This document shows, piece after piece, positions 55,308 to 63,357 of a stretch of 64,000 nt of DNA. A program made the translations under genes and the position numbers. Where the stretch lies: positions 1-64,000 of the IMG/VR virus record IMGVR_UViG_3300047313_000015, one strand, 5' to 3'. The notes beneath the pieces were generated by a model, which made no database searches, was not told where the DNA came from, and was given only the letters and a program-made list of their open reading frames with translations. Position 1 is the first letter of the stretch. Each line of letters starts with the position of its first letter. This DNA comes from a virus. Taxonomy: Duplodnaviria; Caudoviricetes.

Positions 55308-57392
55308 CTAGGTTTTCGCCCCTCCCAATCGGTCAGTAGTAATTGTCCCGCCGTGCCTGTCGGTTGCTATCTTCCCGCCGTAATTTACCGAGGCCGTATC
55401 GATAGAGCCCGCGAAACTATCATGCGAGATCGTGCCTGAGTAGTGGTCGGCCTGTGTGATCGTCCCGCCGAGGCCGGTGGTCAGCGTAAGGATAACCCCG
55501 ACCACGGCAGCCAGCGTGTCTGCGCCTGCACCGGTATCAGCCAGGAACACGTGCACGGCCAGCGTCAGGATGTCCGAGCCCGCACCTGCCTCTGCCAGCG
55601 GCACAGCGGCACTGGTAGCCAGCGATGAGGATCCCGTCCCGGAATCGATTAGCTGTATGCCGGGTGTCAGTGTGTCCGCGCCGGAACCGCTATCAGCGAA
55701 CGATACAGTCACCGTGACGGTAAGCGTGTCAGTCCCGGTGCCCGTATCCGCCAGGCCTGCCGTTGCCGTAACGCTGAGAGCGTCTGTACCGGTGCCGGAA
55801 TCCGGGAGAGCCACCGGAGTACCGGTCGCTACTGAAAGGCTGTCAGATCCAGCCCCAGCGTCGGCCAGGGCTATGGCCGCGTTCGTGCCCAGCGAGTCGG
55901 TGCCTGTACCTGCATCAGACAGACTGACCGTTACAGTCAGCAGATCCGTGCCGGTGCCGGAATCGGTCAGGAAGGTTGTCAGGCCGGTGGTGAGCGAATC
56001 GCTGCCAGTGCCAGAATCAGATAGCGGAATACCGATCTTAAGAGAATCGGATCCCGAACCAGAATCCGTCAGTGGTGCGGTGGCTGTCAGTGACAGCGCG
56101 TCAGATCCTGCACCCGAATCAGTTAGCTGGACAGTAATAGCCAGCGAGTCGGTGCCTGTACCTGAATCAGATAGCAAGGTCTGCTGACCGGATAGCAGGA
56201 TATCGCTACCTGTACCGGAATCAGAGAGTGCTATCCCGATGATAAGGGAATCTGCACCCGCGCCGCTGTCCGTTAGCTGGACCGAAGCCGAGGTGGTAAC
56301 CGCGTCGGTGCCAGTACCCGAGTCAGATAGCCGGTTGGTTATTGCCAGCGCATCTGCGGCAGTGCCTGAATCGGTAAGTGATACCGCTGCACTTACCGCA
56401 AGGGCATCGGAGCCAGAGCCGCTATCTGTAAGGTTTACAGATACTGACAGTGCGTCCGTACCGGTGCCGGTATCTGCCAGCGGAACAGCGACCGATACCG
56501 TTAGCACATCGGAGCCGGTTCCCGCGTCGATCAGTGATTGTGCTGCCGCCGTGCTAAGTGCGTCTGTTCCTGCGCCTGAATCGGAAGTCCCAATCGCCGC
56601 ATCGGCGGCTAGCGCATCAGCGCCCGTACCCGAGTCAGCAAGGGAAATGCTGGACGTGCCGTTAACGGCATCCGGAATGACCGGAGTAAGTCTCTTGCGT
56701 CCGCTTCGGTTCTGTCGCCAGTATTTACCCCCGTGCGGAATCGGGTAACCTGGGGGAGCCGCAGCCGCGCCCAGTACCTCGACCGCGACAATACCCCAGA
56801 AGTCCGAGTTAGACTCGGAGAATCCAGTAGTTACGGTTCCGCCGGTAGTAGTCCAGGTGCCACCGGCTGTGTTGTCGGCGGCAGTATTTCCGTCGCCACC
56901 CTGACTCCAGCGGGTAGTAGCCCCAGTGCCAGTTGCAGATATAGATCCGGCTAGGGAACCAACGCTGGCCGTTGCTGCTATCAGGTTGCCGCTGGTCGTA
57001 CCGGTAACGTTGACCGATACCGAAGTACCCGACGTGAATGAAGTGAATACGGTGCCGAACCCGGAAGCACCGGTAAAGGTGATCGAGCCACCGGTAACAT
57101 GGTTAGCACTGACATCAGAAAAGGTTACCGATACCGTGTTAGAACCTGTCGGCAGCGTATCTGATTTCAGTCCCCAGAAATCGATACCGCCAGGACCGAC
57201 ATTGTTAGCTGCTATCTGGCCCAGCCGGGAGAGCGCAACACCGCCATAGGAAACGGCGGTAACGGTAGAGCTTGTGCCGGTTCGGTAGTTGACGCCAACT
57301 ACAATTGCATTACCAGCATTGGAATGCAGCCAGGTGCCGGGGCTAGTGGTTATCGCGGCGCCGGAAGCAGTAACGGCATCGAAGGCGACCAT
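55308..57392 (-). CDS. repeat-rich virion fibre protein
   Basis: roughly 25-30 tandem 13-15 aa units LxDSGxGxDxL. Confidence 0.8.
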   Translation of the reverse strand: MVAFDAVTASGAAITTSPGTWLHSNAGNAIVVGVNYRTGTSSTVTAVSYGGVALSRLGQIAANNVGPGGIDFWGLKSDTLPTGSNTVSVTFSDVSANHVTGGSITFTGASGFGTVFTSFTSGTSVSVNVTGTTSGNLIAATASVGSLAGSISATGTGATTRWSQGGDGNTAADNTAGGTWTTTGGTVTTGFSESNSDFWGIVAVEVLGAAAAPPGYPIPHGGKYWRQNRSGRKRLTPVIPDAVNGTSSISLADSGTGADALAADAAIGTSDSGAGTDALSTAAAQSLIDAGTGSDVLTVSVAVPLADTGTGTDALSVSVNLTDSGSGSDALAVSAAVSLTDSGTAADALAITNRLSDSGTGTDAVTTSASVQLTDSGAGADSLIIGIALSDSGTGSDILLSGQQTLLSDSGTGTDSLAITVQLTDSGAGSDALSLTATAPLTDSGSGSDSLKIGIPLSDSGTGSDSLTTGLTTFLTDSGTGTDLLTVTVSLSDAGTGTDSLGTNAAIALADAGAGSDSLSVATGTPVALPDSGTGTDALSVTATAGLADTGTGTDTLTVTVTVSFADSGSGADTLTPGIQLIDSGTGSSSLATSAAVPLAEAGAGSDILTLAVHVFLADTGAGADTLAAVVGVILTLTTGLGGTITQADHYSGTISHDSFAGSIDTASVNYGGKIATDRHGGTITTDRLGGAKT

Positions 57393-57408
57393 AGGTTACC
57401 GCCTTCTG

Positions 57409-58011
57409 TTAGTTCTCCCCATAGAACTTGTACCGGTCCATGCGGATAAGGTTGGCAGCGTTGGACGTGTTGCAGGCTACGCCAATGTGCAGGTCGTAGG
57501 TTACCGACTGCGAATAGTTGGTGATCGTGTTGGTGGATACGTTGTTGTCAGGCAGAGTTGCGAAGAAGGGGGAGATAAATCCCTTAGGTGATTTGATCTC
57601 TCCGAATGTGGTGAACTGAGATGTACCAGTAGCACCGCTGTCCTCATTGACGTTATCCATCCACATGTCCAGCTCCAGGCTATATGGATCCAGAGTTTGT
57701 GACGCGACCATTTGGAGTGTTGCGAAAGTTCCCAACAGCAAACCACCGCCCGCGCTGAATGCCGTACCGTGCGCAAATAGCCGGGGAGTGATCGTGAAGA
57801 TAGGGCCGGTAGTGGTCGAGCCCATCTTGCCCCACGCCTTGAACTTCAGGGTACGGCCAACGGAAGTGTTGTTAAAGAAGTAATAGGCCGGAATCTTCGG
57901 GATCAGAATACCACCCATCAGGCTGGCTTCGGTGGTAAAGGTTGCCAAAGTAGTTCCAGCAGCGATAGACGCCGATAGAACTTCGTTCTTAGTCGGGGTG
58001 TAATCACTCAT
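57409..58011 (-). CDS. virion structural protein
   Basis: beta-rich, in a structural cluster. Confidence 0.6.
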   Translation of the reverse strand: MSDYTPTKNEVLSASIAAGTTLATFTTEASLMGGILIPKIPAYYFFNNTSVGRTLKFKAWGKMGSTTTGPIFTITPRLFAHGTAFSAGGGLLLGTFATLQMVASQTLDPYSLELDMWMDNVNEDSGATGTSQFTTFGEIKSPKGFISPFFATLPDNNVSTNTITNYSQSVTYDLHIGVACNTSNAANLIRMDRYKFYGEN

Positions 58012-58014
58012 GGT

Positions 58015-58290
58015 TTATCCCGGAAGAAAATTGATATCTAGGTGTGGATCGAGAAGTAGGTCTCGAAGAAATTGTGCGATGGCCTCCCGAATAGCCTGAT
58101 CGGAATCTCCATAGTGCAATGGCACTGCCATACTTCCGGGATTGGCACCGTTGTCTGGTAGTGTAGCCAATGTATCATCAGGCCGCAGGATCAAAAATGA
58201 CACAGATAGACCCACTGGCTGGATGTCCGGAATATCTGTTCGCCACCCAGCGTCCATAATTTGCACATATGCCTTATTGTTCTGTGTCAT
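58015..58290 (-). CDS. hypothetical protein
   Basis: GGAAGGA RBS. Confidence 0.6.
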   Translation of the reverse strand: MTQNNKAYVQIMDAGWRTDIPDIQPVGLSVSFLILRPDDTLATLPDNGANPGSMAVPLHYGDSDQAIREAIAQFLRDLLLDPHLDINFLPG

Positions 58291-58304
58291 GGAATTCCTT
58301 CCGA

Positions 58305-58949
58305 TTAGGTAAAGCTAAGGGTTGCGGTAGCGGTCCAGGTTCCGCCTGCCTTGGTTCCTGCGCCAATGTTGGTCGAATGGTTCATCATCGGTGCGGTAGC
58401 GGTAACAGTCGGGCCTGCACTGGAGGTTCCCTGATCAACAGCGAATTCATTCCATGCGCCAACGGCATCGGTTGCACCGAAGGTGGCAACGAATACCACC
58501 GTGCCGGGGGTAGCTGCGGAGGTAACGGTCGGGAGCGCGCCGCAGAGCTTCCAGTTGTTACCGGTAAGGCTGGCTACCGAGCCCAGAGCGGTATCTGTCG
58601 CTGCGGCTGCGGAGACTGACGTACCGATCCCAATACGGCCCACGGTGGCTGAGAACAGCGTTGGGGAGCCAACCGTAACGGCCTTGAACAACTGACCCCA
58701 GCCAGCCTGGGTGATCAGGTTGCCATTATAGGTGAACTCCTCATACGGCTTAACACCCGCCTCCGCGAAATGATGCGGCTTAAGTATGATTGAATTTACT
58801 GGGATGCCGAATCGCATAAAAGCCCAGTTGGTCTGCTCCTCATCCCACTTCTGGACTACCAGCTTAGTGCGTTCACGGCCACTATCCACCATGGGAGCGG
58901 TCGCCTGGATCGCCATGTGGTCGAATCCAAACCCCTTGTCGATTGCCAT
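58305..58949 (-). CDS. tail-fibre/baseplate-like structural protein
   Basis: NLIT.AG...IGIGT...DTAL...WNE.A motif of phage tail-collar-type proteins. Confidence 0.65.
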   Translation of the reverse strand: MAIDKGFGFDHMAIQATAPMVDSGRERTKLVVQKWDEEQTNWAFMRFGIPVNSIILKPHHFAEAGVKPYEEFTYNGNLITQAGWGQLFKAVTVGSPTLFSATVGRIGIGTSVSAAAATDTALGSVASLTGNNWKLCGALPTVTSAATPGTVVFVATFGATDAVGAWNEFAVDQGTSSAGPTVTATAPMMNHSTNIGAGTKAGGTWTATATLSFT

Positions 58950-58960
58950 GTGTTCCTCTC

Positions 58961-59302
58961 CTAAATGGATGTGGGCGTCCAGCCCGATGCTTTTAGTACG
59001 GTATAGAGAACCTGGCTAGCGCCAAGCGAGAAGTTTACCGGGAAGCTGTGAACCTCTATGAATGGCAGACCCTGCACCCGGATAAAACAGGTCCACAAAA
59101 GCTGACCCGCACTGAAGTTGTCGGACGCCAGCAAGGACGCGGAAAGGATACCGGTTCCTCCGGGCATATTGTTTCCCCGGATAATAGGGGTAACAATTGC
59201 CGCGCCGGTATCATCCGCCAGTGTGCCGCCAGCCACGAACAGCCAGTCGGCCGGTACGCCCGAGCCGAAGGCCTCAGTGAGAGTGACCAGATTGGCAGTC
59301 AT
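58961..59302 (-). CDS. hypothetical structural protein
   Basis: TAATG-coupled to the protease gene. Confidence 0.6.
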   Translation of the reverse strand: MTANLVTLTEAFGSGVPADWLFVAGGTLADDTGAAIVTPIIRGNNMPGGTGILSASLLASDNFSAGQLLWTCFIRVQGLPFIEVHSFPVNFSLGASQVLYTVLKASGWTPTSI

Positions 59303-60225
59303 TAGGCTAGCCCGCTGTCAATCTCCCACTGCTGGATAGCCGCTGCCAGGTTTCTGTCCCGGTGGCTGTAGTGGTAACGACCGGCCCATGGGCCAGCTAC
59401 CGTGTCCAGCGTAACGTCCTTCAGCAGCGGGCCTGACGGATCCGGAGTCGGCGTAGGGTCAGGCGTAGGAGTGGGGTCTGGCGGGACCGGAGTCGGCGCA
59501 GGAGCGGTTACCGGAACCGGGACGGTGCAATCGCCCTCCTCGGCCAGCAGGCGTTCCATGGTGGCGTAGGAGAAGCTGAAGGTGCCATTCAGTCCCCAGG
59601 ATTCTCCCCAGGAGTTTACCGCATAGAAAACCTTAGCCTCGGGATCTATGCCAAGAACCTCGACCTCATGGCCGCCACGGACATATGCGCTCTTGCCAAT
59701 GGCCACATAACCGTTAACATCCGGTACGTCGAAGCTGGAATACCAGTTCATCCCGATTGCGGTTGGGCCATTCTGAAGAGCCAGCTCCATTGTGGCAATG
59801 TCGGTGCAGTGCGTATATCCGGATAGCATGCCCATCTGCACAGCAGCTTTGCATCCGTCGATTCCGTCCGAGCCGGTGTCGTTCGGCGGGTATGCGCCCG
59901 GGTACGGGTCGAGGGTAGTGGCCAGCGAATAGACCTTGACCGCCAGCGCCTCGTCCAGCACCGGATGATCCTTCAGCAGGTTCTCAAATACCGGTGTCGT
60001 ACCTGTACATCCAACCACCGCATTACCGACACAGGATCCGCGATTACCCTGATCCAGCACGGGAATGCGGCGTGTCCATGCCTGAGCCACAATTCCACCG
60101 CGAGGTACTTTCGCCTGGAATGGGTAAAACGCACTGCGGGAGTCAGTATGGACATGACGGCCGAGTGGCATCCCGGCGATCTTAATCTCCGGGATGCGGC
60201 GGCGATAAATTGTTACGGTGGCCAT
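59302..60225 (-). CDS. papain-like (C1) cysteine protease
   Basis: DQG.RGSCVG (Gln/Cys), GGHEV (His), NSWGESWG.NG (Asn). Confidence 0.88.
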   Translation of the reverse strand: MATVTIYRRRIPEIKIAGMPLGRHVHTDSRSAFYPFQAKVPRGGIVAQAWTRRIPVLDQGNRGSCVGNAVVGCTGTTPVFENLLKDHPVLDEALAVKVYSLATTLDPYPGAYPPNDTGSDGIDGCKAAVQMGMLSGYTHCTDIATMELALQNGPTAIGMNWYSSFDVPDVNGYVAIGKSAYVRGGHEVEVLGIDPEAKVFYAVNSWGESWGLNGTFSFSYATMERLLAEEGDCTVPVPVTAPAPTPVPPDPTPTPDPTPTPDPSGPLLKDVTLDTVAGPWAGRYHYSHRDRNLAAAIQQWEIDSGLA

Positions 60226-60234
60226 TGGTTATTC

Positions 60235-60360
60235 CTATCGGGCGATGGTAAAGATCAGGAAGATCAGGACGACGATGAACAGAATCCACAGCAGGTGGAT
60301 GCTGAATCCGCCAAAGCCGAATAGCATCAGCAGCAGGATGAGGACTAGAATCAGGGCCAT
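60235..60360 (-). CDS. small hydrophobic membrane protein (41 aa)
   Basis: MALILVLILLLMLFGFGGFSIHLLWIL... Confidence 0.55.
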   Translation of the reverse strand: MALILVLILLLMLFGFGGFSIHLLWILFIVVLIFLIFTIAR

Positions 60361-60363
60361 TAC

Positions 60364-60843
60364 CTATTTCCTTTCCTTATTTGCGGACCTATCTTTCGCG
60401 CATTGCTTACACTGACGCACTTCTTTTCCATTCCTCATCCGGGTGTAGAAGTCAGCATTGCTGTCCAGCCGATGTTTTCCGTTACCGCACAAGTGAGGAA
60501 GGCTTTTTCGTATAACTGCGTCGAATTTTCGGTGGCAGGAGGCACACATGGATACATATTCATCTTTGTCGCCCTGTTCACCTATTCGGTGCGCCCATTC
60601 ATAAGGCCCTTCATGACCCCATGGGCAAGAGTTGGCGTTACCTAGAGCACGGTATACTCTGCCGTGCAGAGCACCGTATCCTGCATTATCGCCCTTCCAG
60701 ACTGGATTAGCGTTTCCAAGTCGGGAACAGGTGCGAGAGCAGTACGTTCTTCTAACCTGGATCCATTTACTAACCGTACAAGCAGGACAGGTCTTGATTT
60801 CGTAGGGATGATGGGTGTCCCCATCAAAATATTTGTAAGTCAT
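60364..60843 (-). CDS. HNH-like endonuclease
   Basis: WKGD...Y..LH..V, YEWAH, MCASCH..FD; leaderless GGTGG-TATAAT promoter. Confidence 0.8.
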   Translation of the reverse strand: MTYKYFDGDTHHPYEIKTCPACTVSKWIQVRRTYCSRTCSRLGNANPVWKGDNAGYGALHGRVYRALGNANSCPWGHEGPYEWAHRIGEQGDKDEYVSMCASCHRKFDAVIRKSLPHLCGNGKHRLDSNADFYTRMRNGKEVRQCKQCAKDRSANKERK

Positions 60844-60872
60844 GGGTACATTATACCACCCGTATGCGTGAC

Positions 60873-61064
60873 CTACTGACCTCCTTTTTGTTGATACCCC
60901 TTTACAAACGCTTCCGCATTAGGCTCAAGAACCGCATCGATTTCGTCAAGGAGGTCATCGACATCCTCGGTTAGCTTGTCGTTCTGGATATTGGCTACCT
61001 TGTCATCGGTCTTTTCGGGCTGCCTGGTTTTCTGGACCTGAACTTGCTTCTGCTTCTGGTGCAT
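60873..61064 (-). CDS. pup: prokaryotic ubiquitin-like protein Pup homologue
   Basis: 63 aa ending KLTEDVDDLLDEIDAVLEPNAEAFVKGYQQKGGQ-stop; GGAGG RBS before ATG 61064. Confidence 0.92.
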   Translation of the reverse strand: MHQKQKQVQVQKTRQPEKTDDKVANIQNDKLTEDVDDLLDEIDAVLEPNAEAFVKGYQQKGGQ

Positions 61065-61164
61065 AACCCACCCTCCGCGTACAAAAAGGGGACGGGACCG
61101 GATGGTCTCGCCCCTTGGCACAATTCCAGACTTTTCCCTTCACTCAACAGTGGTGAACTTTTAT

Positions 61165-61240
61165 TGGCTGCTGGAGCTGGACTCGAACCAACATTGTCCT
61201 GACTCAGAATCAGGAGGGCTACCGATTACCCCACCCAGCA
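61165..61240 (-). tRNA. tRNA-Gln(CTG)
   Basis: full cloverleaf, CCA encoded. Confidence 0.88.
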
Positions 61241-61313
61241 TTGGAGGTGTTTCGTATGGAGTCGAACCAAAGAGAGAACCGCAGAACTCCTGCCGATTTA
61301 GTACGGCCCATAG

Positions 61314-61390
61314 CTGGCAAGTGGCGGATCGAACACCTTGAGCGCGGGGTTGGAAGCCGCGACCGGCCCAGCCGGTTTATCTACTCACCA
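61314..61390 (-). tRNA. atypical tRNA-Trp(CCA)
   Basis: TGGTGAG/CTTGCCA acceptor, loop TTCCAAC, long D hairpin, C-C mismatch in the anticodon stem. Confidence 0.5.
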
Positions 61391-61425
61391 TTGAGAGAGC
61401 TGATTTTCAGCTCTCTGTCTTACTG

Positions 61426-61605
61426 TTAGCCGAACAGGCGCTTGGTGGCTTCGCGACGTGCCGCACTGTAGGCGTCACGTGCTACCTGCAAGTCAGCCGC
61501 TGCCGCCTGTACTGCCGGGTCTGCGCTGATCTCGGCTGCCGGGTTCGTATGAGCGGCATCCCACTCTGCACTAGCCCGTGGACTGAGGGTGTCCTTAAAC
61601 AGCAT
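61426..61605 (-). CDS. small Ala-rich protein (59 aa)
   Basis: GGAGGAG RBS; MLFKDTLSPRASAEWD... Confidence 0.6.
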   Translation of the reverse strand: MLFKDTLSPRASAEWDAAHTNPAAEISADPAVQAAAADLQVARDAYSAARREATKRLFG

Positions 61606-61669
61606 TTTCTCCTCCTATCAACCGGTCTGCGACCGGTAACGTTACGGCCTGTTTTGGCCGTACCATTTG

Positions 61670-61741
61670 CTGACCTAGCTGGATTCGAACCAGCACCTTC
61701 CGGATTAACAGTCCGACGCTCTGCCGTTGAGCTATAGATCA
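61670..61741 (-). tRNA. tRNA-Asn(GTT)
   Basis: canonical cloverleaf. Confidence 0.92.
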
Positions 61742-61893
61742 TTATTGCGGGAGTACCCTTCCCGCTCCAGGGCGACAAGTTACCACCGGTTTCCCGGCCG
61801 CTCCCCTTGCTCCCCCAGACAGCGCGCGTTCTGCCTGGGCTACCCTGCCCGAGTCTCTGATGATTCGATGATACGTTTAACTAATCATTCTGG

Positions 61894-62100
61894 TCACGAC
61901 GAGTGGTGGTGCCCTGCATCCGGCACGCAATTCCACGTGTCATCCTGCGTCAGGTGGCTATGATACTCGGCGTGCTGGTGAGCCGGGCAGTGATCGGAAC
62001 CCCTCGTACCAAGCGGACTGCATCCACCACCACCAGATACCAGGGCCACCCCAGCGGCCACCGCTGCCAGCTTCATAACGATATGGTGCCTCAGCCACAT
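61894..62100 (-). CDS. small putative lipoprotein
   Basis: hydrophobic signal then GGGC; GAGAGG RBS. Confidence 0.5.
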   Translation of the reverse strand: MWLRHHIVMKLAAVAAGVALVSGGGGCSPLGTRGSDHCPAHQHAEYHSHLTQDDTWNCVPDAGHHHSS

Positions 62101-62190
62101 CTCAGTTCCTCTCGTAGGGTCTGTGCGGCCCTCAGATCGTCTGTAAGGCCCTGAAACTCGCTGGGCTAGGGAATCACCCTACCCCGGGTT

Positions 62191-62292
62191 CTACAAGTCG
62201 CCAGCGGCCAGCTCAAGCCCGCGCAGCCACCATGGAGAGCCTTCGGGGTTCTCGTCCATCAGTTCCCAGCCTCGCTCTTTCCATGCTTCCAT
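62191..62292 (-). CDS. small protein (33 aa)
   Basis: GGGAGG RBS; MEAWKERGWELMDENPEGSPWWLRG. Confidence 0.45.
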   Translation of the reverse strand: MEAWKERGWELMDENPEGSPWWLRGLELAAGDL

Positions 62293-62310
62293 GCTTGCCT
62301 CCCTCTTACG

Positions 62311-62399
62311 TGGACCTGGCGGGATTCGAACCCGCGAGCACCACAGCGTTCAGGCGAGGGGTCTCGCTTCACCGCTGACGACTAGTCGGTTTCAGGCCC
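62311..62399 (-). ncRNA. Ala-identity, anticodon-less tRNA/tmRNA-TLD-like RNA
   Basis: GGGCCTG/CAGGTCC-A (G3.U70), T arm GCGGG-TTCGAAT-CCCGC, long hairpin in place of the anticodon arm. Confidence 0.7.
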
Positions 62400-62403
62400 T
62401 TAG

Positions 62404-62486
62404 ATGCGGAGGCGGGATTTGAACCTCTTAGCTGCGATCTCCAGATTATGAGTCTGGCGAGGACGACCGAACTCCTCTACTCCGCA
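62404..62486 (-). tRNA. tRNA-Met(CAT) with an insertion in the T stem
   Basis: CCAGA-CTCATAA-TCTGG; T stem 5' strand GC[AGCTAAGA]GG. Confidence 0.75.
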
Positions 62487-62503
62487 TTGATCTTTCACTG
62501 CTT

Positions 62504-62514
62504 AGTATACCAGC
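62504..62514 (-). promoter_or_regulatory. extended -10 promoter in the tRNA array
   Basis: GCTGG-TATACT. Confidence 0.5.
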
Positions 62515-62519
62515 AGTAG

Positions 62520-62590
62520 AAGCCCCAGCCGGGTTCGAACCGGCGTAACCTGGGTTGCAGCCAGGCACCTCACCACTCGGCCATGGGACT
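62520..62590 (-). tRNA. tRNA-Cys(GCA)
   Basis: canonical cloverleaf, U discriminator. Confidence 0.9.
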
Positions 62591-62812
62591 TAGCCTGCCT
62601 ACCGTAGGTGCGGGGCTGATCATTGTCAGCCGTCTAACTGGGGTAGGTCAGGACCTTTCGAAAAATACGCTGATCGGAGTTCCCGCCATCTGATCAGGAG
62701 CAGCGGCCACGGCAGTGACCACGGGTTGCTGTGAACGGGCTCATACGAGCTATTACCGTTCCGCGTAATCAGGTCTGCCGACCTGTCTCGTGAGGTCCCC
62801 TGGACCTCTTAG

Positions 62813-62889
62813 CGCGGGTGATGGGATTCGAACCCACATGCATCCAGTTACCTTTTCGACTGTTTAGGAAACAGAGAGGATACACCCGT
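62813..62889 (-). tRNA. non-canonical tRNA-Arg(CCT)-like RNA with rewired D/anticodon topology
   Basis: acceptor and T arm normal; anticodon hairpin CTGT-TTCCTAA-ACAG precedes the GGTAA D-loop-like segment. Confidence 0.65.
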
Positions 62890-62952
62890 GTGTCTAAACG
62901 ATCTTGAACTTTTGTACCTCCGGAGCGGGCCGGAAGCCCGGAATTCATTCCG

Positions 62953-63031
62953 TACCCCCGCTAGGAATCGAACCTAGCTTGCCAACGGCGTGAGTTTTAC
63001 AGACTCACTGCTGCACCAGCAGCACGAAGGT
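62953..63031 (-). tRNA. tRNA-Tyr(GTA)
   Basis: GTGAGT-CTGTAAA-ACTCAC, short variable arm, T arm. Confidence 0.8.
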
Positions 63032-63032
63032 G

Positions 63033-63104
63033 TGGTGACGAGCCAGCCATCGAAGGACAACGCTTGAGAGTTTATGAGGCTCTCTCGGCCAACCTGCGCC
63101 CGTC
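63033..63104 (-). tRNA. degenerate tRNA (CAT; Met or Ile2)
   Basis: GACGGGC/GCTCGTC-ACCA, CTCATAA loop, weak D and T arms. Confidence 0.5.
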
Positions 63105-63109
63105 TTGTG

Positions 63110-63182
63110 TAGACCCGGTGGGACTCGAACCCACGATTACCTGTTTGTAGGACAGGAGCCCTTGCCGCTGGACGACGAGTCT
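63110..63182 (-). tRNA. tRNA-Val(TAC)
   Basis: cloverleaf; loop CCTACAA (C33). Confidence 0.85.
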
Positions 63183-63196
63183 GTATTTTTACTGCG

Positions 63197-63271
63197 CACT
63201 CCTGACAGGGGTCGAACCTGCATGATCCATTACCCTTTCATCTGGTTCGAAGCCAGAGGGGATACAGGAGC
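63197..63271 (-). tRNA. non-canonical tRNA-Arg(TCG)-like RNA with rewired D/anticodon topology
   Basis: same architecture as 62813-62889; CTGG-CTTCGAA-CCAG. Confidence 0.65.
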
Positions 63272-63283
63272 CTATATCTTACG

Positions 63284-63357
63284 CGCACCCAGAAGGACTC
63301 GAACCTTCACAAGACGCGGCTCCGCAAGCCGCCGCACGTCCCTCGTGCTGTGGATGC
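63284..63357 (-). tRNA. tRNA-Arg(GCG)
   Basis: GCGGC-TTGCGGA-GCCGC, complete cloverleaf. Confidence 0.8.

Noticed and set aside
55456-56748. Long + strand ORFs with SVPVPES repeats
   Set aside because: Antisense shadows of the repeat fibre gene.
61242-61313. tRNA-like remnant with a TTCGACT loop and terminal CCA (minus strand)
   Set aside because: No matching 7-bp acceptor stem or clean anticodon arm; at best a decayed tRNA.
62592-62810. Possible theta/HDV-like ribozyme after a tRNA
   Set aside because: I could not build the nested P1-P1.1-P2-P3 double pseudoknot with the catalytic C; kept only as a generic structured RNA.
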